From the NCBI RefSeq assembly GCF_009914755.1, contig NC_060934.1: a stretch of DNA of 64,000 nucleotides; one strand, written 5' to 3'. Source of the stretch: the human T2T-CHM13v2.0 reference genome, Homo sapiens. The notes beneath the pieces are model-generated. The model did not search any database, was not told where the DNA came from, and was given only the letters and a program-made list of their open reading frames with translations. Shown here piece by piece: positions 48,561-62,010 of the stretch. The translations under genes and the position numbers were made by a program. The stretch's first letter is position 1. Each line of letters begins with the position of its first letter.

Positions 48561-49440
48561 CCAGTGTGATATGATTTGGATGTTTGTCCCTAACATGGTT
48601 TGGCTGTGTCCCCATTCAAATATCAACTTGAATTATATCTCCCAGAATTCCCATGTGTTGTGGGAAGGACCTAGGAAAAGTAATTGAATCATGGGGGCTG
48701 GTCTTTCCCATGCTATTTTCATGATAGTGAATAAGTCTCATGAGATCTGATGGGTTTATCAGGGGTTTCTGCTTTTGCTTCTTCCTCATTTTCTCTTACC
48801 ATCGTCATGTAAGAAGTGCCTTTCGCTTCCTGTCATGATTCTGAGGCCTCCCCAGTCATGTGGAACTGTAAGTCCAATTAGACCTCTTTTTCTTCCCAGT
48901 CTCAGGTACGTCTTTATCAGCAGTGTGAAAACAGACTAACACAGTAAATTGGTACCAGTTGAGTGGGGCCTTGCTGAAAAGATACCTGAAAATGTGGAAG
49001 CGACTTTGGAACTGGGTAACAGGCAGAGGCTGGAACAGCTTGGAGATCTCAGAAGAAGACAGGAAAATACAAGAAAGTTTGGAACCTCCTAGAGACTTGT
49101 TGAATGGTTTTGAGAAAAATGCTGATAGTGATATGAACAATAAGGTCCAGGCTGAGGTGGTCTCAGTTGAGGATGAGGAACTTGTTGGGAACTGGAGCAA
49201 AGGTGACTCTTATTATCTTTTACCAGAGACTGGTGACATTTTGCCATTACCCTAGAGATTTGTGGAACTTTGAACTTGAGAGAGATGATTTAGGGTATCT
49301 GGTGGAAGAAATTTCTAAGCAGCAAAGCATTAAAGAGGTGACTTGGATGCTGTTAAAAGCATTCCATTTTAAAAGGGAAGCAGAACATAAATGTTCAGAA
49401 AATTTGCAGCTTGATGATGCAGTAGAAAAGAAAAAACCAT

Positions 49441-50760
49441 TTTTATTTTATTTAATTTTTTTTATTATACTTTAAGTTTTGGGGTACATGTGCAGAACGG
49501 GCAATTTTGTTACATAGGTATACATGTGCCATGGTGGTTTGCTGCACCCATCAACCCATGACCTACATTAGGTATTTCTTCTAATGCTATCCCTCCCCTG
49601 GTCCCCCACCCCCGATGGGCCCAGTGTGTGATGTTACCCTCCCTGTGTCCATGTGTTCTCATTGTTCAACTCCCACTTATGAGTGAAAACATGCAGTTTG
49701 CTGAGAATGATGGTTCCCAGCTTCATCCATGTCCCTGCAAAGGACATGAACTCATCATTTTTTATGGCTGCCTAGGATTCCATGGTGTATATGTGCCACA
49801 TTTTCTGTATCCAGTCTATGATTGATGGACATTTGGATTGGTTCCAAGCCTTTGCTATTGTGACTAGTGCCACAATAAACATACATGTACATGTGCCTTT
49901 ATAGTAGCATGGTTTATAATCCTTTGGGTATATACCCAGTAATGGGATTGCTGGGTCAACTGGTATTTCTAGTTCTATATCCTTGAGGAATCACCACTCT
50001 GTCTTCCACACTGGTTGAACTAATTTACACTCCCATCAACAGTGTAAAAGTGTTCCTATTTCTCCACATCCTCTCCAGCACCTGTTGTTTCCTGACTTTT
50101 TAATGATCACTATTCTAACTGGCATGAGATGGTATCTCATTGCGGTTTTGATTTGCATTTCTCGAATGACCAGTGATGATGAGCTTTTTTTCATGTTTGT
50201 TGGCTGCATAAATGTCTTCTTTTGAGAAGTGTCTGTTCATATCCTTTGCCCACTTTTTGATGGGGTTGTTTTTTTTTTTCTTTAAATTTGTTTAAGTTCC
50301 TTGTAGATTCTGGATATTAGCCCTTTGTCAGATGGATAGATTGCAAAAATTTTCTCCCATTCTGTAGGTTGCCTGTTCACTCTGATGATAGTTTCTTTTG
50401 CTGTGCAGAAGTTCTTGAGTTTAATTAGATCCCATTTGTCAATTTTGGCTTTTGTTGCCATTGCTTTTGGTGTTTTAGGCATGAAGTCTTTGCCCATGCC
50501 TATGTCCTGAATGGTATTGCCTAGGTTTTCTTCTAGGGTTTTTATGGTTTTAGGTCTTATGTTTAAGTTTTTAATCCATCTTGAGTTAATTTTTGTATAA
50601 GGTGTAAGGAAGGGGTCCACTTTCAGTTTTCTCCATATGGCTAGCTAGTTTTCCCAACTCCATTTATTAAATAGGCAATCCTTTCCCTGTTGCTTGTTTT
50701 TGTCAGGTTTGTCAAAGATCAGATGGTTGTAGATGTGTGGTGTTATTTCTGAGGCCTCTG
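49441..50760 (-). mobile_element. 5'-truncated L1PA7/8-like inside THE1A-int
   Basis: Reverse L1 3' end with ORF2 piece 50282-50620; TSD-like aaacc(c)attttt on both sides. Confidence 0.92.
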
Positions 50761-52160
50761 TAAACCCATTTTTTAAGGAGAAATTCAAGACGTGAGCAGA
50801 AATTTGCATAAGTAGCAAGGTGCCTAATGTTAACCCCAAGACCATGGGGAACATGTCTCCAGGCCATGTCAATAACCTTCATGGCAGCCCCTCCCATCAC
50901 AGGCCCAGACGCCCAGTAGGAAGAAGTTGTATTGTGGGCCGGGCCCAGGGTCCTCGTGCTGTGTGCAGCCTAGGGACTTGGTGCCCTGTGTCCCAGCTGC
51001 TCCGGCCATGACTGAAAGGGGCCAACGTAGAGCTTGGGCTGTGGCTTCAGAGGGTGGAAGTCCCAAGCCTTGACAGCTTCCACATGGTGTTGAGCCTGTG
51101 GGTGCACAGGTCAAGAATTGAGGTTTGGGAACCTCCACCTAGATTTCAGATGTATAGAAATGCCTGGGTGCCCAGGCAAAAGTTTGCTGCAGGGGTGGGG
51201 CCCTCATGGAGAACCTCTGCTAGGGCAGTATGGAAGGAAAATGTGGGGTCAGAGCTCCCACACAGAGTCCCTACTGGGGCACTGCCTAGTGGAGCGGTGA
51301 GAAAAGGGCCACTGTCCTCCAGACTCCAGAATGGTAGATTCACTGACAGCTTGCACCATGCATCTGGAAAAGCCACAGACACTCAATGCCAGCCCCTGAA
51401 AGCAGCCAGGAGGGAGCCTGTACCTTGCAAAGCTACAGGGTCAGAGCTGCCCAAGACCAAGGGAACCTACCTCTTGCATCTGCACGACCTGGATGTGAGA
51501 CCTGGAGTCAAAGGAGATCATTTCGGAGCTTTAAAATTTGACTGCCCTGCTGGATTTTGGACTTGCACGGGCCCTGTAACCCCTTTGTTTTGGCCAATTT
51601 ATCCCATTTTGTATGGCCGTATTTACCCAATACCTGTACCCCCATTGTATCTAGGAAGTAACTAGCTTGTTTTTGATTGTACAGGCTCATAGGCAGAAGG
51701 GACTTGCCTTTTCTCAGATGAGACTTTGGACTGTGGACTTTTGGGTTAATGCTGAAATGAGTTAAGACTTTGGGGGACTGTTGGGAAGGCATGATTGGTT
51801 TTGAAATGTGAGGACATGAGATTTGGGAGGGGCCAGGGGCAGAATGATATGGTTTGGCTGTGTCCCCATTCAAATCTCAACTTGAATTTTATCTCCCAGG
51901 ATTCCCACATGTTGTGGGAGGGACCTTGGGGGAGGTAATTGAATCATGGGGGCTGGTCTTTCCCGTGCTATTTTCATGATAGTGAATAAGTCTCATGAGA
52001 CCTGATGGGTTTATCAGGGGTTCCTGCTTTTGCTTCTTCCTCATATTCTCTTGCTGCCACCATGTAGGAAGTACTTTTGCCTCTAGCCATGATTCTGAGG
52101 CCTCCCCAGCCATGTGGAACTGTAAGTCCAATTAAACCTCTTTTTCTTCCCAGTCTTGGG

Positions 52161-52673
52161 TGCTGAGACCAGCTTAGTTGGGGAGACCCTAACCCAGCTG
52201 CGCTAGAGTAATTAAAGACACACACACAGAAATATAGAGGTGTGAAGTGGGAAATCAGGAGTCTCACAGCCTTCAGAGCTGAGAACCCTGAACAGAGATT
52301 TACCCATGTGTTTATTAACAGCAAACCAGTCATTAGCATTGTTTCTATAGATATTAAATTAACTAAAAGTATCCCTTATGGGAAATGAAGGGATGGGCCA
52401 AATTAAAGGAATAGGTTGGGCTAGTTACCTGCAGCAGGAGCATGTCCTTAAGGCACAGATTGCTCATGCTATTGTTTGTGGCTTAAGAATGCCTTTAAGC
52501 AGTTTTCCACCCTGGGTGCACCAGGTGTTCTTTGCCCTCATTCATGTAAACCCACAATCTTCCAGCTTGGGCATTAGGGCAGTTATGAACATGTTACAGT
52601 GCTGCAGAGATTTTGTTTATGGCCAGTTTTTGGGCCAGTTTATGGCCAGATTTTGGGGGGCCTGCTCCCAACA
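52161..52673 (-). mobile_element. MER9 solo LTR (HERV-K HML-3) inside the THE1A 3' LTR
   Basis: Minus strand starts tgttgggagcaggccccccaaaatctggccataaactggccc; perfect 6-bp TSD cttggg at 52155-52160 and 52674-52679. Confidence 0.9.
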
Positions 52674-53959
52674 CTTGGGTATGTCTTTATCAGCAGCATG
52701 AAAACAGACTAATACAGTCCCCTCCAAATCTCATATTGAAATGTGTTCCCCAATGTTGGAGGTGGGGACTGGTGGGAGATGTTTGGGTCATGGGGGCAGA
52801 TTCTTCATGAATGGCTTGGTGCTGTCCTTGTGATAATGAGTGAGTTTTCACTCTATCAGTTCACGTGAGAGCCGGTTCTTTAAAAGAGCATGGTACCTCC
52901 TCTCCTCTCTCTTGCTTCCTTCTCTCTTGCTCCTGTTCTTACCATGTGACATGTCTGCTCCCACTTCACCTTCCACCATAACTGTAAGCTTCCTGAGGCC
53001 TCATCAGAAGCCAGGCGGATGCTGGTGCCATCCTTGTACAGCCTGCAGCCAAACAAATCTATTTTCTTTATAAATTACCCAGTCTCAGGTATTTCTTTAT
53101 AGCAATGCAAAATGGATGAATATACAGTGGGACCCCTGGCAAATAGTTATGTGTAGTTGATCAGTGAATCTGGTCTGGGAGGTACAGCTGCAGAGCTCAG
53201 CCAGGACAGATCGTGGACAAACGTATATACTGTTAGAGTAGGTAATTAGGCAGACATGAGCATGGCAGGAGAGGCCCCCCAACCCCACTCGCAGGAATGT
53301 CTGATGACCATCAGGCAATGGTCAGGCAGTTGTTAAACTGTGTCTCTGATATGATAATTGGTCACAGCTGGCACCTGGGGACAATAGCCTCCCAATAGAT
53401 AGAAAACACCTGGAGCTGGTGATCAGAAGCTTCCTGATAAGATCTCAGAAGTTGGGCAAGCAGGCTCAAGCATGTGCACTGAGAAGCAAAATGGCTGATG
53501 TCTGACCTTCCTCCAGGGGCATTTGACCAGTAAAGGGAAGTTGGCCCTAGAAAGCATGCGCACAACATCAGTAAATGCGCTATGCATGTGGCCACCCTCT
53601 CTAATGCTGACTGACATTGCTTATGAGGCATTTGAGCAACAGCCTGCTCCAAGGGAAGAATCAAGGGAAGGGAAAAGAAAACCCCAGAACCATGCCAATT
53701 TACAAATCCCAAAGTCAGTGGCTAAATGGGGTACTTGGATCTCTCAAGTTGCCTGCTTGGCCCTCTTCCAAGGGTAATTTGCTTCCTTTTGCTCCTGCTC
53801 TAGAACATTTTAATAAACTCTCACTCCTACTCTTAAACTTGTCTCAGTCTCTCCCTGTGCCTTAAACCTACTTCACTCCTCAGCCAAATTCTTTCCTCTG
53901 AGAAGGCAAGGATCAAATCTGCTGCAGATCTGTATGGGTTGATGGCTGGTAACATATTT

Positions 53960-53977
53960 TGTTGCCATGACTTGGAT
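53960..53977 (+). other. Primer-binding site, tRNA-His-like
   Basis: tgttgccatgacttggat versus TGGTGCCGTGACTCGGAT (3 mismatches, 2 at CpG). Confidence 0.65.
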
Positions 53978-56155
53978 ACATTCTCAAGAGGTAAGATGTC
54001 TCTACACCTTGCCTTCTTCAGCTGGAGGCATTCAACCCCTGTATGTGGTTTCCTTCACCCCTTTTACTCTCTTGCTTACTGACCACTCCCAGAACATTTC
54101 CTCTTAGCTGCAATAGCTCTGCTCCCCACAGCTGATCTCTCAGCTCACTCTGAAAGGCTTGCAGGGGTGGGAAGGACCTTAGAGTCTGCACTGAGTAGAC
54201 CTGAGACACTAATGGCCCTCCTGGACAGGAGGCTTACGAGAGTGGTAGGGCTAAAGCCTAAGGCCATGTAATGTCTGGGGTTTCCTCTGATTCTTCAACT
54301 AAAACAGGCTCTTTCCCAAAAAGCGGCACTGCCCATTCTCCTGTTTTCTCTGTGTGTATTCTGAAATGGCCTTGCACACCCGCTGGACCATCTGCATTGG
54401 GAGCAAGTCTGCCTTTTCTCTGCTTTCACTTTGCATGCTGTGCGACTTCCTTCTCTACCTTAACACACACTCCATTTGTTGTTCCTGTGCCCATGGCTCT
54501 TGCTGGGTTTGCCTGGCAACCAAGACATGGGCTCCATTGTGGATATCCCATGGGATTTATACTTGGTTTTACTCTTCCAGCTCAGATGACCTTCAGCCCT
54601 TCCCCTGTCTGTTGGCTCATTGTCAGGACAGACACTAATTGGAACCCTGGCTCTGCCAGCTCCTTGTGACTTACCATATGCTTTTTGTCCCTGTTATACT
54701 CCAGGGTCAGGTTTTTTGGTGGTTTTTGAAGCTATTTGTCTACCTGCATAGGACTTCACTTTATGGCCCTTTAAGGACACCACCTATCCGCTTTTTTGAG
54801 TTATCACCTTTTTGAAGGAAGGAGAATTCTTCCTTTGTCATCTGTGAGCCCTTATCCCAGGCTACAAGTTCTCCAGAGGTTCCTCTTTTATGTCGAGAAG
54901 GCAAATAAACATTGCCCTCCAAATCTAAGGGCTGCTGTTTTTGCGAGCATATAGAGTCTTTCCATGAGCATCCCTCTGGCTTCCTCCTGCTTCCTCTGGT
55001 AGCAGAGGGATTGTTCTATCTGTTTAAGCATTTGTTCTGCATGTTATCCCAGAAGACAACCCCAAATAAAAATTTTCCTCCTCTTCTCTAATCACTTCTA
55101 CATCTTTCTCAATATGCATCAGGACTTTCAAGATTATATTTGAAGGGGGGGCCGTCCAGCCCCCTTGTGGCAGTTGGCTGAAAAACAGACTTCTCATCTA
55201 CTTAAAGAACATGGGAAATGGGAATATGAGAAAAGAGATGATCATTTTATTGCTAGAATGCTCGAATAAGAGTCACTATAAGGTCCTGGAGACAAGGATA
55301 TAGGCTACCCCAAGGCCACAGGTGCAAGAGACCAGAGTACCTATAGAGCAGAGATGAAGGCTAGTCCCAGGCTATAGGTGCAAAACAGATTACCACTAGA
55401 ATACAGATGAAGGTTGGTCCCAGAAATAGGATGGGACCAGGGTTAGGGGTACCTGGTAAGCACCAGTCCTTTCAAGAACCCCTAAGATGAATGGGGGGCA
55501 CTGTGTTCACTCCAGTTTGTGATAGGCACAGGATTAAGGGAACAAGGAGGGGGATGCCGCCTTCTTCTCTTTTCTCTCTGTTCTCTCTTCAAAAATGGCT
55601 AATCACACCTCCTTAAAACAAGGTGGGACCAAGGTTAGGGGTACCTGATAAGCAGCGGTTCATCTGGAACCCCTAGGATGAATGGGGATACCCTGTTCAC
55701 TCTGGTCTGCCATAAGTCCAGGAAAAAGATAGTAGGGAAACTAGAGGGGACACCTTCTTTCCCTCTTGTCTCCTCTGTTCGCTCTTCGCAGATAGGTAAT
55801 TGTGTCTCCATACCATAGGACACATCCCTTGATGCATCCTCAAAAACCGGGAAAAGCTTCACACTGCCCCTGCCGCCACACAAGCTTAAAATAAAAAACT
55901 GGTGTTCCTTTGTAATACTGTTTAGCCTAAAAATGAATTGGGAGAAAATTACAAAAGTCAGCCTTAGAACCCAGAGCCCATATGCAGGAAATCCTCAAGT
56001 TAGCATCCTGAGTGTTTTATAACCAAGAGCAGAATAAGGAGGACAGGGTTAAGGAGAAGGAGAAATGTAGGGACAAAAGTGAGGTTCAACTATTGGCTGC
56101 TTTACAAGCTCTCCAGGTCCCTCCAGGTTGCCCTTAGGACACTACTCCAGAGAAC

Positions 56156-56275
56156 TGCCATTGATGCAGAAAACCAGGCCACTGGAAGGTAAAATGCCTC
56201 AATGGGCTAAGTGGAAAAAAGCTCCACAAGGCCTGTCCCCTCTACCACAAGCTCAGCCACTGGAAAAAGGACTGT
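56156..56275 (+). pseudogene. gag nucleocapsid remnant with two CCHC knuckles
   Basis: CH*CRKPGHWKVKC and CPLYHKLSHWKKDC. Confidence 0.8.
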
Positions 56276-57368
56276 CCTGAGAGTCAGAAATGCCCACAGG
56301 CCAGACTTCAATCCAATAAAGGCCTTGAGTTGAAGGGGTTCTCCATTCTGATCAAAAGGAACAAATCCAAGGGCAACTCTAGAGGCTACAAATAAAATTA
56401 TAAATTTCCCTCTTGTGTTCAAGAGCTGCCTACTTAGTGCTAATCTTCTCTGAGCAACTCTTTCAAATACTGTCGGGTAATAGGGGCAAATGGCATGCCC
56501 TCCCTCCAAAGAAAAAAGATTTACATCCCTTTATATTATTTAAGGGATCAATTACCATTCTTCCAGCAGTCCCTGTTAATGTCTAAATACGCCCAACCCC
56601 TTTTGGCAAAAATATACTTTTCAAGATGGGTGCCTGCTTAATATTTGCCCAACCTCTGAATTCATCTTTCCCGCTAATAACCCTATTTCTTCTGGGAAAG
56701 CTACCTAAATCTTTAACCAATAACTTCAATCTGGACAGTCCTACTTCAGGGGTATAGAAATAGCCCAATCTTATTCAGAAAAGCCCTAACAAGAAATCTA
56801 ATTGAGCAATCTCTTGAGGGATGATAACTTCTACAGTATATAGATAACCTCCCCACCTGCTCCCCCTTCACAGGACTCACACAGCAACATGTAGTACAAA
56901 CCATAACTTCCTAAGAGTAGGAAAATGGCTTTTGTCTAATTCAAAGGTTATGAAAGTAGAGGTATTTTTGGTAAGGAAAGTTATAAAGAAAAGAAATTTT
57001 ATATGAGAAAGGATCTTGCATGGCAAATTCTTGTCCAAAAGCAAAATGACTGGTTTAAAAAAGAGGGATGTTTAGGACAAGTCAGAAAGTCCGAGCATGT
57101 TGTAGATGGTCTGTATAAGTCATGAGAAGATTTGTGAAAGGGAATTTATGAAAGAAATGCTGTATGATTTTAAAGGTTATTAGGGCTACTAAATACTTTA
57201 AGGTCATAAACTGCTACTGTGACTCTTAATAACTGTACAGCTTGCCTACTTTAAAGTCATTAAAGTCTATGTAAAACCTGGGGACATATGGAGTTAGCTA
57301 TGACCCTTACCTATGCTGGAAAGAGTCAGAATTTTATTTCATTTTGACATCTTTACTTGTCTTAAGAC

Positions 57369-58050
57369 GTGAGGAGTCACTATATTTGTGACCAGTTAGT
57401 TCACCAATGCCTCCCCACTAATTGGACTGGAACTTGTACCATAGGCTATGTATCCCTGGACATCTTCATAGCCCCTGGCAATCTCTCTCTTCCAGTACCA
57501 ATCTATGGGCATTACATCTTGCCCAAGATGAAGAGGGCCATGAAATTAAGTCCCCTTCTCACGGGACTTAGCATTATAGCTGATACACCAGAATTGTTGG
57601 AGTCACACAAGCCTTGACCTATAGCCAACTCTCAGTGGAAGTAGCCAACAATATTATACCATGGTTAAAACCTCAACAGCCATGCAAGAACAAATGGACT
57701 TTTTATCAGCTGTAGTCCTCCAAAATTGCCGAGAGCTAGATATGTTAATGGCAGAACAGGGAGGAATTTGTTTAGCCTTAGATGAAAAATGTTGCTTTGG
57801 GGTCGGCCAATTGGGAAAAGTACAAGACAACATCAGACAACTCATAAATTGACCCTCCTGTTTACGAGAATGAGCCTCTCAGGGTTGGTTAGATTGGGAT
57901 GGAACCTGGTAATGATTCTTCTGGGTTCTTCCATTTTTAGGCCCACTTGTTAGTCTCCTACTTTTGCTCCTTTTTGGTCCATGTCTTCTAAATCTAATAC
58001 CCAATTTGTCTCCTCTTGTCTTCAGGCCATCAAGCTCCAGATGATCCTCA
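57369..58050 (+). pseudogene. env remnant (SU end and TM)
   Basis: CLPTNWTGTCT, furin-like KMKR, immunosuppressive domain [18 protein letters not shown]6CC (CLALDEKCC), hydrophobic TM; frameshifted. Confidence 0.88.
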
Positions 58051-59049
58051 GTGAGGGATACCGCTCTCTCAGTATTCAAGAGTCACCCTTCCACAGAGAA
58101 GCCCTAGACTGCCCATCAGTGGAATATGAGAGAGGTAAAATCCTGCCCCTGTCTCCTTCTGACCTGGCTGGATACCATTTTCACCAACAGATTCACCCAC
58201 ACAGTCACCCTGCCTTGACAGCTAGCAAGAGGCCAAGACACACAGAACAACGACTACCACCCCTCTGACAGCAGGAAGCAGTTACAGAAGACTGACCTTT
58301 GTCCATTTTCCCAAAGAATTGGGTCTTGGACTCTTGGGGGCAGGAATGTTAGAGTAGGTAGTTAGGCAGATGTGAGGAAGGCAGGGGAGGACCCCCCACC
58401 CCAGGAATGTCAGGCGACCATCACGTGATGTCAGGTGGTTTTTAAACTGTCTCTCTGAAATGATAATTGGTTGCAGCTGGCTCCAGGGTAAGACAGTCTC
58501 CCAGTAGACAGAAAACACCTAGAGCTGGTGATCAGCAACTTCCCAATAAGATCTCAGAAGCTGGGCAAGTGGGCTGAAGCATGTGAACTAAGAAGCAAAA
58601 TGACTGATGTATGATGTTCCCCTGGGGGTGTTTGCCCCCAGAGAGTATGTGCCCAATCTTAGTAAATGCACTGTACATGTGGTCACCCTCCCAAATGCTG
58701 ACCGACATTGCACATGCAGTAGTTGAGCAACAGACTGCCCCAAGGGAAGATTCAATGGAGGAGAAAAGAAAACCCCAGAGCCATGTCAATGTATAAAACC
58801 CCAAGTCAAAGGCTGAACTAGACACTTGGACCTCTTAAGTTGCCTGCTTGGCCCTCTTCCAAGTGTACTTTGCTTCCTTTTGCTCCTGCTCTAAAACATT
58901 TTAGTAAACTCTCACTCCTGCCCTGAAACTTGCCTTGGTCTCTCCCTCTGACTTAATCCTACTTGTGCCCCTCAGCCAAATTCTTTCCTCCAAGGAGGCA
59001 AGTATCAAGTTTGCTGAAGACCCGTACAGATTCACCACTGGTAACAATA

Positions 59050-60420
59050 CCATGATGGGGCATTTGTTCATTATCCTGAAAGTAAGGGGAGTCGTGAAAG
59101 AATTGTAAGCCAACAAAGGACAAGATTATATGTAGATTTTAGCAACATGCTGGTGGCTGCATGAGGAGCAAGAATTAAATGGGAGCCAGAACAGAGGCAA
59201 AGAGGCTTGTGGGAAACTGCAGTGAACCAAGCAAAGATGAGGCAATGAGCTCCTGGTCTTCAGGAGCTGACAGTGAGATGGCAAGGAGGTCATAGTAGAG
59301 GAAGGTGACATAGGTAACTGTAATGAGACCAGGCCTATTCTAGTAATCTTGTGTGGGTAAGGTGGACATGGGTAGTTTGGGCAAAAATACGGTAAGTTCA
59401 GTGTTAATAGTGTGAGGTACCTGTGGAAGATCTGGGTAATATTCAGAAGGAAGTTCATTTACTCATTGTTTAACACATTATTGAATATCTGGGATGTGCT
59501 AAGGACCACTCTGTGGTAGTAGAATCAATCACAAAAAGGTAAAAATCCCTGCCTTTATAGAGCTTATATTCCATTTGGAGGGGAGGAAATAAAAAAAGAA
59601 ATATAATAAATAAGTGATGTCGTAGATTAGCAGGTAACAAATGCTATGGAGCCGGTAACAAGAGCAGTACATGGGGATTGGGATGGGAGTAGGGAAAAGC
59701 ACAGGTTTCAATTTAAACAGGGTGGGCAATGCAAGGCTTCCTGAGATGGTGAGATTTGAGCCAAGTTCAGAAGGAGGTAATCAAGTGAGCCACACAGGTG
59801 TTGGAGGGAAAAGCATTTCAGGTATCAGGAGTAACCACTGCAAAGCCCATAGGAAGAACAGCTGGTGTTCTCAGGAGCAGTTAATGGGTCTGGGATGGGG
59901 TCAGCAAGTGGGAGAGTGGAAGTAAAGGGGACAGAATGGGCAGGGGGCACCTAGGTCAGGTAGGGCCTTTGAGGCTGCTTTAAGACGGTTGCTTTTTACT
60001 GGAGATGGGAATGTTTGGAGAGTTTATGGCAAAGGATGACATGATCTGATGTAAGTTTTAACAGGATTATTCTAATTTGCTGGGGTGATAAGCAGGGAAA
60101 CCAGTCAGGAGGCTAAGGCAGGAGTCCAAATTATGGGTCATGATGACTTTGACACAGTGAAAGTGGTATAGCTGGTAAGCTGTGGTTAGATTTTGTGCAT
60201 ATTTAGAAATATTTGCCATTAGATTGAATGACAGGAACATGCGTAGGTGAAAAAGAGGAGTCCATGGAGTTGCCATCCTTGGCTAGAGAAAGACTTTGGC
60301 ATTATCAATGCTTACTTGGTTATTGGAACCATGGAGGCAGATGGTTGAGGGAGAGTTCATAGAAGGGAAAAAAGAATGCAAAGTTGGGAGATAACAGACT
60401 CCTCAATACATGTAGTTGAG
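59050..60420 (-). mobile_element. L2 fragments
   Basis: ttcatttactcattgtttaacacattattgaatatct...ccctgcctttatagagcttatattcc...gatgtaagttttaacaggattattct. Confidence 0.7.
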
Positions 60421-60479
60421 GTCTTGGCTGTATGTCTGCAGGAAATGCTAAGATCCTCAACTCAAGCCATCTCAAAAAT

Positions 60480-61000
60480 GAATTTCAGATACTAGCTATT
60501 AAAAACAAAATTATGATGGGTTAGAAAAAAGTGTAAGAGATGCTGTTTATAATCTTAGAATACAAAGGATTTCTTAAAATTAAAAAAATCATGAAACTTA
60601 CTCTAAGAAATGACTCCATTGAAATTAGAAACCTTTTATTTAAAAATTATAAATAAGATTAAAAGACAGAAGACAGACTTCAAACTTCTTTTCATCCTTT
60701 TGTCCTATACTAGAATGTTCACAGCAGCTTTATTCATGATAGGCACAACTTGGAAATATCTCAGGTGTCCATCTATGAGACAATGAAAACCAACTGTGGT
60801 GCAATCACATTACTCAGGTAATAAAGGGAACGAATCTTGAGAACAGGCAACAACAGAGAGGATCACACAACTTCACACTCAGTGGAAGAACCCTTACACA
60901 GAGGGGGTGAATCCTGTATATTCCCATGTACAGGAAATTCTAGAGCTGCCAGCACTAACCTGAAGTGCAGATACTCTCTGCAGGGTTAGGGAGGGGAGAT
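60480..61000 (+). mobile_element. Old L1ME fragments
   Basis: agaatgttcacagcagctttattcatgataggcacaacttggaaa. Confidence 0.55.
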
Positions 61001-61448
61001 GGGAGGATGGCCTGAACCCAGACGTGCAGCCAAGGGGGGCCAGGTCAGCCCATCCCAAAGCAATCTTCCCCCAGGGTTTCCCTGTTTTCTCCCCATGCTC
61101 CAGATTTAGCACATCATTTAGCACATAATGGGTGAAATGACCAGTGTAATTCAACAATGCCCAATGAATAATAAACAGAAGTGCTGGGTGACATTTTGGT
61201 CAGCGGGATCTCAGGCATGTGCATTTCTCTACTGCAAACAACTGAGGTTGGCTGATATGGGGAGGAGGGAGCAAATGGCAAACTGGAGTTCTGGACCTCT
61301 GCCTCTTTCCTTCTCCTTTAAGTGCTATTTATAGTTTTTACTTAACTTTTTTTTTTTTTTTAACTTAACTTGCTAACATGGGCCAATATATAAGAAAGTG
61401 TTTAAGCAAGATAAAACGCAAAGTACATTTTAGATATACTGTACTCAC

Positions 61449-62010
61449 TGTGGCAGTAGAATTCTAAGATGGTCCCCAAGATTCCTGCTCCTTGATATAG
61501 ATACCCTGTATCATCTCTCTCCCCTTAAGGATAGGCACGACCTGTGAATATGATGAATATCACTCCTGGTGATTATGCTCGTCTTTATGGGGAAAGGAAG
61601 ATTATCCTATTATCCATGGTGGGCCTGGCCTGATAGGTGAGTCCTTAAAAGGGACAGAAACAGAGCAGGCACTAGAACTTTCAGTGGAGGGGACCACATG
61701 GATAGGACCTTAGGGTGGCCTTTGGGAGCTGAAAGCAGCCCCCAACTGACATCCAGCCAGAAGATGTGGCCTCAGTTCTACAACTGCAAGAATCAAAATT
61801 CTGTCATCAATCTGAGTGAGTCTGGGAACACTCTGAGCTCCACATGAGACTGATGCCCCAGCTAACACCATGATGTTAGCTTTGTGAGGCCCTAAGCAGC
61901 TCAGCTCCACTTGCCTGGACTTCTAACTCATGAAACCATGAGATAATACATAAATGTTTTAAGACACTTAGTTTGTGGCAACTTGTTAGGTAGCAATTGA
62001 AAACTAATAT
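61449..62010 (+). mobile_element. MLT1F-like MaLR LTR
   Basis: tgtggcagtagaattctaagatggtcccc...ctcagttctacaactgcaag...gcaattgaaaactaatata. Confidence 0.8.

Larger units (their letters stand above)
48591..52716 (+). mobile_element. THE1A MaLR provirus (LTR 48591-48943, internal region, LTR 51845-52716)
   Basis: Two THE1A LTRs, THE1-int peptides (MWKRLWNWVTGRGWNSLE), PPT gggaggggccaggggcagaa, TSD gtccc at 48586-48590 and 52717-52721. Confidence 0.93.
48567..53124 (+). mobile_element. MSTB-like LTR split by THE1A (48567-48590 plus 52717-53124)
   Basis: tgatatgatttggatgtttgtccc | ctccaaatctcatattgaaatgtg...; TSD cagtg at 48562-48566 and 53125-53129. Confidence 0.85.
53231..59046 (+). mobile_element. 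MER50 (MER4-group ERV1) provirus; LTRs 53231-53954 and 58347-59046
   Basis: Paired tgttagagtaggta...ggtaaca LTRs, 4-bp TSD atac at 53227-53230 and 59047-59050, PBS, purine tract before the 3' LTR, gag/RT/env remnants. Confidence 0.9.

Noticed and set aside
51054-51665. 203-aa ORF
   Set aside because: Typical THE1 internal sequence; no evidence of domestication
57369-57852. Possible syncytin-like env gene
   Set aside because: Only short frameshifted fragments; most of SU and the signal peptide are missing
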